DNA of 63,853 bases, the filler included, from Vannella sp. (lineage: Eukaryota), in NCBI GenBank assembly GCA_023345925.1. It is 6 parts of 6 records of this genome, joined end to end, with 100 filler letters (N's around TTAATTAATTAA, not from the genome) between each part and the next. Parts side by side here need not be neighbours in the genome. Positions count along the whole stretch, not along the records: positions 1 to 5,698 come from JAJQQN010000808.1; positions 5,799 to 18,049 come from JAJQQN010000410.1; 4 more parts are not named here. One strand, written 5' to 3'. Shown here piece by piece: positions 1 to 11,651 of this stretch. The notes under the pieces are model-generated. The model made no database searches. It was not told the origin of the DNA and was given only the letters and a program-made list of their open reading frames with translations. Each line of letters starts with the position of its first letter. Positions within the stretch are counted from its first letter, which is position 1. A program made the translations under genes and the position numbers.

Positions 1-56
1 AAAAGTAACTTTACTCTCACTCTCCCTGAAAAACCCCACTGACCAAGTTTTCTTAG

Positions 57-318
57 AAAACGACCAAGTTTCGGTGGGCACGATCATATCATCGCTAATC
101 CCATTGACACTGTCCGGCTCCACATGGGTTACTATAGAGGAGGTTCTACCCTACTCTACACCTCGCACTTCGACTGCATTCGTACGATCTGGAGACAATC
201 GAAAGCAACAGGGTTCTACCGCGGCTTCTTTGTGAACAGTCTTCGTTCTTTTGGCGGGGCATTCTCGCTTGTGCTGTTTGATGAGATCACGAAGCACTCA
301 AAGTTCTCTTTGGCGTGA
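57..318 (+). CDS. Mitochondrial carrier (SLC25, ADP/ATP-carrier-like), C-terminal fragment; possibly degenerate
   Basis: Reads NPIDTVRLHM...Y...DCIRTIW...GFYRG...NSLRSFGGAFSLVLFDEI, matching the third carrier repeat and C-terminus of ADP/ATP carriers. The 5' part lies outside the window or is decayed. Confidence 0.65.
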
Positions 319-353
319 TTCTGGAAGAGTGGAGTGAAATGACGTTCTGAGAT

Positions 354-2242
354 TTAGAAGTTCTCTTTGTGGAAAATGAACTTTGCTCCGTTCTTCTTGC
401 TCTTGGGACTCTTGGCAATAGAGATCTCTCGCAAGTTCTTTGAGAGAACCCGAGGGCCACAGAAGAACACGCCCAACTCTGCTTGATCGTGAGAAAAAGG
501 AAAGAAAAGAAGAAAAGCATACTTTCGCCACGATGAGCTTCTTTAAGCTCATCAAAGATTGTGTCAAAGTCAGGACGTCCGAATTTGGTACGAGCAACCA
601 AGTTCGTGATTGGGTCGAATTCCATTTGTTCTTGCTGGACGCGATACTCAGCCTCCAGATCCTTCTGCAAGCGTTCTGTCAGATAAATGTTAATGGATAG
701 GAAGAAGTCTCCTCGCTCTTTCATGCCGACTTCCAAGTCTGATGCACCAAATTAGTTCCGGCAAAAGAAAAAGAAAGAGAACAGACCCTTCAAGAGGCTC
801 TGGAACCATTCGAACGAAGTCATATCGCGGCAAATCCAGAAGAAATAAGCCTTCTCGATCTTACACTTGTCACTGTTCAGCTTCTTATGATAAAGTGACT
901 TGATGATGGAGGCGAAGGGAGTGACTCCAATGCCAGCGCCAACAAGCATGACTGTGCGGAAGTTGAATACTTCCTCACTGGCTGCTCCAAAAGGTCCATC
1001 AAGTCGGATAAGAGGCTTCCCATCTGGACCTTTCTCTCGGTTGATTTCTAAAGTAGTTCCTTCTTCTTCAGGAGCGAGAAGCTTCTTGATGCCTTTGGTC
1101 CATTTGCCCACTGCGCGGATATGAACGCTCACAAAGTCCTCATGCGGTGCAGACGTGATGGTGAAAGGATGCCACTCGTAGACAGAAAGGTAAGGAGCGT
1201 TGAGATAGAGGTATTGACCTGACTTGTACCGGAATCCTTTCTTTCCCATGCGAATCTCGACCACATCTGAAGGGTGGTTGGTCACTTGGATGACTGTGGT
1301 AGGCTTCTTTGCCCGGTACTCTCGCCACACACGCTCAATGATGTAAGAAACACCAGGGAGTAGCCACCAGATCCAAAAGTACTTGCCATGAGCCAGTAAG
1401 AGGATGAAGAAGACGATGAACAGATGATGAGCAAAGTAGAACACGTTAAAGTATCGGCGACGCACTGCATCAATGGCAGTGGTGTACATAACGATCATTA
1501 CGAACACCAGAAGGTTGCCGGTCACACCCGCCAATGTCCCCCACGCCATAGCGTACGGGCGCTCCTGCAGAGAGTAGTTCAAATAGTGCGCGATTCCGTG
1601 TCCGTATGCAGCGATGGCAATCGTCCAAGCGATCCGCCTGTGGAACATGATGTTGGAATCAAACGGGATGAAGCGATGAAGGAATGTCTGGCGAAGGCTG
1701 CCCCGTACAAGGTTAGCAATGAGTGGATAGACACCAAAGACTGACTAGGTGATCAAATTGCGAAGGACAGGGATGAGGATGAGGGCACAGTTGAAGTTGA
1801 GGACTTCCCCGAACCCGCGAGCGAAGCTCACAAGGAAGTTGGGCGAGTTATAGTACACTGTATGATAATTGGATCGATGTCAGGTGGAGGTTGGAGTGGG
1901 GAAGAGGACAAGCGGAGGAGAGTAACGTACAGATGAAGTGTTCGACGAAGAGAATCACGTTCATCGTCATCCAAAGGGTTCCCAGAATGGCCTTGGAGAA
2001 GTGAGCGGTGAGATAGCGTCTAAACTTATCCCCACGAGTCTTCGCTTTCGCAGACTCTTCATCAAGGTCAAACTCAAACGTGCCCAGCAAAGGCAACGTC
2101 AAAGAGGTGGTCCGCGGGCCCTTCAAACAAACCACCCCACAGTTACTCCATCAGCTCCCTCCCTTCAACCCAGAACCACAAGAGGACTCACCTTCTCCCC
2201 AACATCCTCGATAACGACCAACTCGTCACTACCAGGGTACAT
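354..2242 (-). CDS. NADPH oxidase catalytic subunit (gp91phox/NoxA-B type, no EF-hands), multi-exon
   Basis: Heme His pairs HRRIAW..HGIAH and HHLF..HG, FAD motif HPFTITSAP, DGPFG, NADPH motif VGAGIGVTPF, GRPDF, VFFCGP and terminal HKENF* (stop 354-356). ATG inferred at 2242; several short GT-AG introns. Confidence 0.95.
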
Positions 2243-2373
2243 CCAAAAAATACTGCCTTTTAACTAATGTTGTTTTCGAGTTGATTTACATTGATAGGAA
2301 AATGTATCATGCAAAAGGACGGTCCGAAAAATCCAAGGAAAGTTCTTGCCCAACCCAGGCAGGTCATTTTCTG

Positions 2374-4443
2374 ATGGCCCTCCCGGTGTGGTTGACGCTT
2401 TGTTGGGTGGCTTTCGTTTGCACTGTTGGGAGCGCGTGTATTGTGGATGTGGTGGTGACACCAAGCTCTTGTGAAGCGGAGTGAGGAGCTTGTTTGGTTT
2501 CAGTTTGAAGTTGACGAGGGAGTAGTGGGACCTTCTGCAAGCTGGAGGACGCGATTTTACGGGGATGCCAGGTCCAAGGCGACTGTTCAGGTGATAATGA
2601 ATGCAGAGTCATTGTCACAGAGAGGATCAGTGGACAGGGAAACGCAAGTGAGTTGAATCCTCCACCAAACTATCTCCTGACTCCATCAGATATCACCCTG
2701 CACTCGGAGAGCCTTCCTAATCTTGACAGTTTAACGATAGTTCTGGCTGGAGTCGATTTGGAAGGGGTAAGTCCACTCCCAAGAGGATCAGATTCCCTTC
2801 TCCTCTCACCCTCTCCTCAGGGTTTCTTTCTTCGTGCCACAGATGCAGTCCCTAAACTAGTCCTTATTGGTAACATGAATGTGACCAATCAAGCATCGAT
2901 TACTGGAAACAGTGAGGAAGCCATCATCTTCAAGTCCTCCGTGGTGGACTCAGAATTTTTTATTTCTTTCCTTTATGTCCAAGAGTAAGGATTTGAGCAT
3001 ATTTTCGTTCATATCTCACCAAAGGAAAGTTCCACAACCTCTCTTGATGCTCTTGCATCAGTGTGGATCGACTCACTCGGTAAAGTTGAGTTGGGAATTC
3101 TATTCTTCAGCAGGATTAAGGTAAGACATATTAGTACCTTTCAATTAGTCTAAATATTTGGTTAGAGCACATCCGGTTGCCCTGGCCTTCGTATTGACGT
3201 TTATGAGTCCACAACACTCATTAGTTCCTCTGGCTCCTTGATTGTTGGCGAAGACCTGACTGCCGAAAGTGGAGGTCCCCTGTGTATCCATAGCCACTCT
3301 GAAAAGTCTGACGTAGTAGTTCCTCCATGGCAATGTACCAATTGTCGAGCGCTTTCAGGAGTAAGTCAAAATTCTCAATTTGCCTGTTGTACTCTAATGC
3401 CAGCAGAGCGGCCTTTATCTGGAAGGGCGCGGTAAATTTCTCGTCAAGCATACAATCCGCATCGATTCCCAGACAGTGTAAGACTGACACCATATTCCCA
3501 TGTTTCTCACAGTTAGCAGAGCTGTCAACGGCTCAGCCATCTATGCGATAGGATTCGACCTTCTAGCAATCTCTTGTCGAGTCTCAGTTGGAGACCTTGG
3601 CTTTGCTACAAGTTACGGTGCTGTTTATGCATCGAGTTCTGTTGCAAACTCCCGAGTTGAGGTGATTAACAGTAAATTTGAAGGCTTTCAGGCAACCAAC
3701 GACGGTGGTAAGTGTGAGTACATCAATTTATGTGATTCTAATCCTCTCAGCTTGCCTTTTCATCTCATCTGTGTCAAGTGCATTCATCAACGCCACTGTG
3801 TTCGACGGATGCACGGCAGAGGGTAATGGGGTCCGTACCACAACTTGATCCATTCCTATTCCTAATAATTCAATAGGGAGCGATTGCCTTCTCTGACGTG
3901 AATCAAATAACCTTGTCTGAAACGGTGTTCAAGAACAATCAAGCTTTGTTGGGATCTTCTTTGGCCTGTTATGGAAGCAACGTGGAGACAACCTCGAGGA
4001 ATCTTCGTTTTACAGATGGACTCATTCTGCAAACAGGAGGCCTTCAATCTGTGGATGTGTGGAGTGCCGGAGGATGCTCTGGGAGTTTGTGGGGTGACAG
4101 TGAACCTTGTCCCGTTTCATCTCAAGGATGCCAATCATGCCCAACAAGCAATTGCGGCATAAGTGAGTTTGAGTGCGTTTGTTACTGCGATTCTATTTCT
4201 GCAGAGAGAGAGTCAGGATGCTTTGGGTCTGACACCCCAACCCCAACTCCCACACCAATTCCTCAATCCTCCGGGGACGGGACCTCTTCTACATTCCTCA
4301 AAGTAGCTCTTAGTTTACTTGCCTTTCTGCTGGTCCTACTTGTTCTAGTTGCGGCAGCTCTCGCTTTCCTCTACAAAAAGCGACCCTCTTGGTTCCAGGC
4401 TTACCTTCCTATCAATCAGGATGACTCTGAACAGACCTACTAA
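2374..4443 (+). CDS. Multi-exon type I membrane protein: signal peptide, probable beta-helix-like repeats, Cys-rich juxtamembrane region, PT linker, one TM helix
   Basis: Signal peptide MALPVWLTLCWVAFVCTVGS; repeated G(S/A)(A/I)(I/V)Y-like units; Cys cluster CPVSSQGCQSCPTSNCGISEFECVCYC; TPTPTPTP; hydrophobic VALSLLAFLLVLLVLVAAALAFLY then KKR. Exon structure is approximate. Confidence 0.6.
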
Positions 4444-4476
4444 AGGCTTTATAACATATGACGAGAGAATGGCTGT

Positions 4477-5187
4477 TCAATTGGAGCCTGTTCGCCACTT
4501 AGTTGTCAATGAATGTCGTTCTGAGGATACTCCGAAGAGGGTTAGTTGCTCTATGAACCAAGGATTAGGCTCAGCAATAGCTCGGCAACCTTGCACATAA
4601 GTGAGCGCTTCTTCTAAGCTCCAGTCTTCTGCAGTCATCAAATAGGCAATGACTACTGTCGCTGACCGACTCTTTCCCTGCGCACAGTTCACTACAACAT
4701 TCCGCTCTGCAACCAGAAGATCGTGGATCCATTCAATAGGCTTGATAAGAGCCTCAAAGGCTCCACTGTCGCCACCGAGCTCTTGCTTGCCGTCGATCCA
4801 GCGCAAACGGAGCACTGTTACCACTCCAGAGTCCTCCAGCTCAGCCAGCTTCTTGCCCCATCCATAGTAGAAGGTCTCTAGATCCTTGGCGCACTGCACA
4901 GCGTGGGTAATATGATGTTGTTGGAGATGGTCAGCGCCAAGGGCTTGAAAGGAGCCAAGAAAGAGGCCTCCTCGCCCGTTCTGAGGTGCAAAGATGACAT
5001 TGCTTGGATTCTTTGCTGCCAGAGCAGCCAGATACGCGACTACTTGATCATCACTGATGTTCGCTGGGTCGTGGTGGGCAAAAAGACGCGAGCAAGAAGT
5101 GCATCGATCTCCCTTGAACTTGTTGGGCTCCCATTCACTGCAAGGACTCTCAGATGTAAAGTAGATTTGTGTCTTGATGCCCTCCAT
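4477..5187 (-). CDS. Dual-specificity protein phosphatase with N-terminal C-x11-C-x2-C-x6-H motif, intronless
   Basis: P-loop VVVNCAQGKSRSATVVIAYLM, plus GLFLGS and PNPWFIEQL. First ATG (MEGIK) at 5187. Confidence 0.9.
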   Translation of the reverse strand: MEGIKTQIYFTSESPCSEWEPNKFKGDRCTSCSRLFAHHDPANISDDQVVAYLAALAAKNPSNVIFAPQNGRGGLFLGSFQALGADHLQQHHITHAVQCAKDLETFYYGWGKKLAELEDSGVVTVLRLRWIDGKQELGGDSGAFEALIKPIEWIHDLLVAERNVVVNCAQGKSRSATVVIAYLMTAEDWSLEEALTYVQGCRAIAEPNPWFIEQLTLFGVSSERHSLTTKWRTGSN

Positions 5188-5698
5188 CGCAGGGTCAATC
5201 TTGTGATACGGGGAGAGGACAGACTGATTGAATGTAAGCAATTGTGAATTGCTATTTTTCCAGGAAAGATTTGAGATGATGACTTTTCCCTCTGAGGGTG
5301 AAATGAGAAATTCCAGGAAATCGAGATTACCTTAATGATCATTCATCTCTGATGAGGTGGAGCGCTCTCCAACTCGTCCAGAGCCACATTGATAGAAGCC
5401 TCTTCCGCCATGAATTGAGCAAGTCAAGAGATTTTCCCTTTCCCAGAGCAGGCGAAGGGATAACATGCAGAGAGTCTTATGGATACTGCGTTTTATAACG
5501 ATTTGATCTGTTTGGAGAGCCTCATGATTGGTCGCGAAGGTGTTGCCACAAGTGCGTTCTCTTGGCTTCGATGATGACAATGAATCTTTCTAAATCTGCT
5601 TTTTGCTCTGAAGTAGAAGATGGATGACGATCTGGATGACTGGGATGGGATGAGGAGGTGGCCATGGAAAGTGGAATTCTAACTTACGAGTCGCGTAA

Positions 5699-5798
5699 NN
5701 NNNNNNNNNNNNNNNNNNNNNNNNNNNNNNNNNNNNNNNNNNTTAATTAATTAANNNNNNNNNNNNNNNNNNNNNNNNNNNNNNNNNNNNNNNNNNNN
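5699..5798. other. Artificial contig-join spacer
   Basis: 100 nt of N44-TTAATTAATTAA-N44, giving stops in all six frames. Confidence 0.99.
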
Positions 5799-5851
5799 AA
5801 AGGTCTCCGCTTCAGCAGCGGGGGCCTGCTATAAAGGAGTCATGATCCTGG

Positions 5852-6241
5852 ATGATGAGTTCCGACAGCCCCTTTGTTTGTCTTGCTCTGAACAGCACCC
5901 AAACCTCAAAAGATGACCTTGTTTTTGCTTGTGAAAGCGCTGCTAGAGTCATAACGATTTCCCCCTTCTACTACGTGACAGTCGCAAGCGCTGGTGCCGA
6001 AATTGACGTGGAGTTCGCTGCCGGCTTCACCTATGGAACCATCAGCGACTGCTCTGCTGCTTTTATCTCTGCTACCGTAATCACAATGGAGACTTGGATT
6101 ATCATGATGTGGTCCATCCTGGCTTTCTTTTGCGGAGTCACCTTTGTCTGTATCGTCTTTGCCATTTGTTCCGCATGTCACGTTTATAAGGTCAGGTCAA
6201 AGAAAGAAACCTCTGACTACACACCAATCGATGATTTCTGA
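5852..6241 (+). CDS. Small or 5'-truncated single-pass membrane protein
   Basis: Hydrophobic stretch WIIMMWSILAFFCGVTFVCIVFAIC, basic tail and YTPI (YxxPhi). Lies at a contig start. Confidence 0.5.
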   Translation: MMSSDSPFVCLALNSTQTSKDDLVFACESAARVITISPFYYVTVASAGAEIDVEFAAGFTYGTISDCSAAFISATVITMETWIIMMWSILAFFCGVTFVCIVFAICSACHVYKVRSKKETSDYTPIDDF

Positions 6242-6479
6242 GACTGTGGGATCTGGTAGAGTATGTGATCCACGAGGCCGACCAACAGACTAATAAACTT
6301 CAAAACAGACTCTTGACACCACGAATGGGAACTCTTCAAGAAATTTCTCGTTCTTGCGACGGGGAAGAGAAAGCAGGTTCCTGGAAAGGTCATTCTTTGG
6401 CAACGTTACCTGGATGGATTATATCCTCTCGCAGTGACTCTCGTTGCTTCTCTGGTTCCTGCAATAGAGTTTATTCTAG

Positions 6480-9400
6480 TTAGTTTTGGGTGTGGGCATC
6501 TTCTTGCCCGTGAGTTTGGAAAGTTGGGATGAGGCTGAAAGTGAGGCGAAGATTAGGGCGCATGGACTTAGCCTTGATGATTCCTTCTTCGTTAAAGTGA
6601 GGACAATCTGAGACATCAAGCTCTCGGATGGATTCCATTTTTGCAAGAAGTTTCAAAAGAGAGGATTGAGTGACGAGATGGTTGTGATTGAGACTGAGAC
6701 GGTTCAAGGACCGGAGAGGATACAATTGCTCCAGAGCTCGATTATCAATTCGCCGGCAATCATTCATCAAGAGCTCTTGCAGCCGAGTGCAGCGAATAGC
6801 AATCGCTTTTAGGGTAATTGAAGATAAGTCATTGCGGCTCACATCAAGCCGAGTCAGTCTGCGACAGTTAACGGCCACATACACCAAGCTTGAGTCGTCC
6901 AATAAGGCAATACCAGATAAATTGAGAACCTGAATTCAGTGTTAGAATAGAGGAGAGTCTTTGACAACATACAAGGAGATTCGGGCAATAATGAGCGATA
7001 GTAGTCACTAGACTGTTGGTGATACCACAATCAGATAAAGATAACAGAGTGATATTTTGGCCTCTCTCTTGCACTACCCGCACAAGAGAATCATCTGAAA
7101 CAGAATGAGTTCCGTTGAGAGAGATTTTTGAGAGAGCCACAGCATCCTTTAGGAATTGAATTCCTTCAGAAGAGATTCGAGGGCATCGATCTAGAGTCAA
7201 GGTATGTAAGCTGGGCATTCGAACGAGGCGCTTTACATCGGCGTCAACTATGTCAGCGCCAGTCAGATCTAATTCCTCCAAGCAACTGCACTCGGAGCAA
7301 AGCTTCTTCACTGAATTCGAGTTAATGACGCATCCTGCGAGTGAGAGCTTTTGAAGTCTCTTTAACTTGGCGAGGAGTTGAATACTATCGAAATCTGCTG
7401 TGTCCCACATGTGCAGCTCCAACAAGTTGGGACAGGACCTTGCAAGTGCCTCCATGCTCTTTGATGTGAGTTGGATGCAACCAGTGAGGTTAACCACCCT
7501 GAGTGACGGGCCACTGTTATCTCCCAAGGAAACAATAGCTTTGTCTGTAATGGCGTGATCATACGCAAGATTAAGAGACAACAATCCTTTGTGAGCAAGT
7601 GCACTGACAACTCCATCTGTAACAGAGCCGCACCGGGAGATATCAACAGAACCGTATTCTTTGTTGTTCTGATACTCAACCCGGCTCTCTTTTGGCTCTG
7701 AAGGGCGCCATTTGCTTGATGAACTTCTCAATGGAGCAGCCAGCTGATCAGGAGTGGCAGACAACTCGTTAATATGAGCTTCAGTTAGAGCACGAAGAAA
7801 TGGATTGACGAAGCACATATGCAAGAGAGTGGCGAGATAGTATCCCTGCTTCTCAAATGTTGTCTGAAAGAAACTGTACTTCAAAGGCAGAATTTGATCT
7901 TTGGTGGAGTCATAAATAGTGTACCTACGCTTGCGACGTGAAAGTTCTACCATGAGGGAGCTCATTGAAGAGTTCTGATTCAGGATTTTGATTTTGTGCT
8001 TGCCTTTGAAAGAGAAGCCTTTCAGAGTCATTTGGGTTGCACCAGTTTGAGGTACAAGTCCTAAAGAAATCGTTAATTGACATCTCTTTTGATTGAACTG
8101 AACTGGACTCATACGTAGAACCAAGTAGCAGCCTTGAATGGGCTCTTTCAAACATGTCTTGCTCCCCTCACCGAAGCGAATTGTGGCTGATGGTTGAAGC
8201 TTTTCCCTCCAAGGTGACGCAACATCTTGAAATAGATTTGGGTGAGAGGTAATATCTGAGCAGAGAAACTTTGTTAGGAGCTTTGCGAATAAGGTAGATC
8301 AAATACTCACGGGGAATAACAAAGACCTCGACATAATTTGGAAGGTTGGCTTTGTCAATTCCTGCCTGATCGCTGATGATCTCATGCAAGACGAAAAAAT
8401 CTACTGGTTCGTATTTGAAGACTCCTATCACCTCTTCAGGGGGGAAACTTGAGAGAATGGGCATGACCGACAACAGGCTACTCAGTTGGTAGAACAAATC
8501 GCCATCTGTAATTTCCTGCCCTCCAAGAGAGCACCTGTAGGTCCAGAAGGATAGATCATGAATGGGACCGTAATTAAACTTGGAAATGGCAATGTCTTCC
8601 TCATCTTTGCTGCAAGTAGCAACTGTAAAGCTGTTTTGCGCCAAGTCGCTCTGACTTAAGATGATAGTGTAAGTCGCTTGATTGTCAGAGAGTGATAGTT
8701 TCCTGGTTCTCAAAAAGTAACTGTGAAGGGCCTGTCCAGAGACAAGAGAGGCAAGCTCAAGGTGGACAGAAAGAGTTCCTTGTGTGGACGCTTCTACAGT
8801 GTACTCATACATTGCTACAGCATACTCAAAGAGAATGACGTCAACATCGGCTACCGAGACTGATAACAATGCCCGATAGAGCATAGCAGAGGTGAGTAAG
8901 CTCGTTTTCTTCCTGCAAGAAACATGAGAAAGGAGAGGAGAGTTTCAACAAGCTCACTGTGAAGGAAGGAGATAGCCTCCTGCGATAGCAGTCTGTAATA
9001 AGGTGCGGGCCCGTCCCAAAATCTCGTTGTAATAACGACTTTCGAGCTTCAGTATCCGAATAAACGCAATGATTGCCGAATGGAAGATCCTATCTTGCAA
9101 AGGGCTTCCCTCTGCTTGACGGGCTCCTTCCTCGAGTAAAATCTGCGCCTGAATGTAAAGCCCGACAACGTAGCTTTTGGCCATCATTAACTAAGGTCGC
9201 AGTCAATTCTAATCTTAAGATAAGAAATTCAACTTACCGCTGTGTTGGCCTTGTTACTGGCAGACTTGAGGGTGAGAAGGGCCTCTTTGGGATTGATTTG
9301 GAGGCGAGACTCTTCAAGGAGAGAAGCGGCCCAATCGATCAGTGTGCGATAACTGGAAGTATTGCTGGACAAAGCCGCTTCAAATTTGCGGTTGATCTTG

Positions 9401-11474
9401 TCCCATAGCTGCCTTCCTCGAAGACCAGTGGTTCTTGTGGCTTCATATGAGAGCATTTTTGCTTCTGCTTCGTCAATGACGTTCAAGTGCTTCACTTTCG
9501 CGCCAACAGCATCAATGTCACTGGGATTCATGATCACTTGGACCTCATGCAGACTGCTAGCCACCTCTATTTCCCGAAGCATTTGAGGGCTGAAGGAAAT
9601 CGCGGTCAGCTTTCCAAAGCGTTGAAATAACATGGAAGGATCGATGTCATCTCGGAGATCAGAGTAGCGAGACATCTCCTCATCCCGAAGGGCCATGAAG
9701 AACTTTCTTGTCACTGCAGCCTTGGCAGTTCGGCGCCAATAAGTCGATTTTGCTTCAGTTTCTTCACGAGAAGTGGCTCGCCATCCAATAATCTCATTGA
9801 GGAAATGGACAACAGCTTGGCGATAAGGAATCTTCAACGGGATACGAGATTCTCCCATGACTTTTCTGAGTCTCACATTCATCTCTTCTTTGAGAACTCT
9901 CGCTACCATTTCTGTGAGCAGAATCCGGCGAGCGGCTCTTGAGCGACAGCATCTTCTAACGCGTCCACAATGTCGCACATTAATACCATGTCGGTGCAGC
10001 TCTTCAGTGATAGACCAATTATTGTGTTTGAGCAACTCCCGGGCTTCATGATCAAACGTCTCTGCAAATGAAGGAATAACAGTCTTATACAGATACTCAG
10101 TTGCTTGTCTTACCCTTCCATTTTGTTCCGCGCGATTGGGATCGTTCTTTCCCCACCTGTGGAATTTAAGATTCTGGTTCTCCTCTGAGCCTTTGCACTT
10201 ACATCGAAAACGCATCGGAACTCAATGGTATGGCGTAGCTACGTACAAACTCCGGTCGCAAGTGCTGATAGAAGATTGCTCTGCCAGATTCAGGCGTGCT
10301 TGGCCTGGAGAGAGTCAGTAAATAGAAACAGACTTATTCGATTGACGAACAGTAGAGGTGCCTCTGGAGGAAAAGTGCGAGCAAAGTCCAACATATAATA
10401 GCGCCCATCATGTGCCAGGTGACCTTCAATATCGCCACAAGCTGCCATAATCTTGTCACACACTTGGTGAGGTAAAAGGTTGAGCCGCTTGCCCAAATTC
10501 AACATGATTTGGTTAAAGTCGGGCTTCTTTGCATGGCAGGATCTACCAGCATCAGAGCTTCCGTAAATAAGAGTAGAACCATCTAACGGGAGAATGGAGA
10601 TGGCGATGAGGCGATAGCCGTGATAGTCTATGAGCGCCATGAGAGGGAAATGCACGTCTTCGTACTCCGCTACATTGTAGAAGCTTATTAGACCCTGTAG
10701 ATCCTGACCAGCTCCCTTCATCGCTGCTGTATCATTGCGTGTTGGTCCTCCATACAGCCACGCAGCTGGTTCACGTCCAGGAGGCGAGATCAGGACGTCT
10801 GTTACCATCTTGAAGAAGATGCTCTGGCAGATGTACTTCTCTCCACCCGCTACACCGCCCGCGTTGATGCTATGGATGGTCTTCTCCTTCTCGGGCATGT
10901 TCAGCTCGGAAATGATGATCTTGCCGTACGTCTTGGCCGCATGGACGAAGTCGTGGCCCAAGTCATGAAGAGCTTGGTACTTGCCTGGCGATTCCATTTG
11001 CCCGAGGATCTCCTGGAACTCAGCGTTCCAATCCTTGAGTGCAGAGTCTTTCTCCTGCTTGAGGTACTGGCGTATCTGCCTTGGCTTTCCTTCAGTGTCT
11101 GTGCTGACGTTCCTAGGCTCAGCCTTAGTCGTTGGTTGTGGGGAAGAGACGCGGGCTGGGGCGAGGGGAGACGTTTCTTCGTCAGAGGAGGAGTCTTTGT
11201 CATAACCGGTGCTGGAAGAAAGCTCTTCAGTGTGTTCCTGTTCACCGTACCCATCTCCTCTCGTATCCTCTTGAACTGGAAGGGAATCAACAATCGAGTC
11301 GTCAGCGAAGTCGTTTCCATAATCTCCTTCCTCATAACCGTAGCCATCTCCAGACTGAACGACCTCCACCACATCGTTCACTTCCGCCTCGTCCTCGTCC
11401 AGACCATATCCATCGTATCCGCCATCCCCGTCACCTCCATAGCCGCCATAGTCGCCATAGTCGTAGGATGACAT
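6480..11474 (-). CDS. Large multi-exon CLU-domain protein with C-terminal Cys-containing leucine-rich repeats
   Basis: CLU-type motifs DFVHAAKTYGKII, GGEKY, PLMALIDYHGYRL, YGSSDAG, DIEGH..DGRYYMLDFARTFP, LRPEFV..PLSSDAFS, ELHRHGINVR. AMN1/FBXL-like LRRs follow (LRVVNLTGCIQLT, LEELDLTG, LDVSDC). Consecutive ORFs are joined by short introns. Confidence 0.8.
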
Positions 11475-11651
11475 GGAAAATGAACTCCACTATGCGATCA
11501 ATGAGAATTTTCAAAAGACCAGGAAATGAATCGGGAAGCCCGAGTGTTTTGATTGGTCAGTCCAGAAGGGTGCCAATGGGCCACTTGAATGCCGCATGTG
11601 GCTCTCCGTCGATCTTTGACTATATCTGAGTGAGATTGTGCGTTTATGACG

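Noticed and set aside
5332..5698. Short minus-strand ORFs near the contig end
   Set aside because: No motif and no consistent spliced model could be built.
5743..5754. TTAATTAATTAA palindrome recurring five times
   Set aside because: Always centred in a 100-nt N block. It is an assembly concatenation linker, not a biological repeat.
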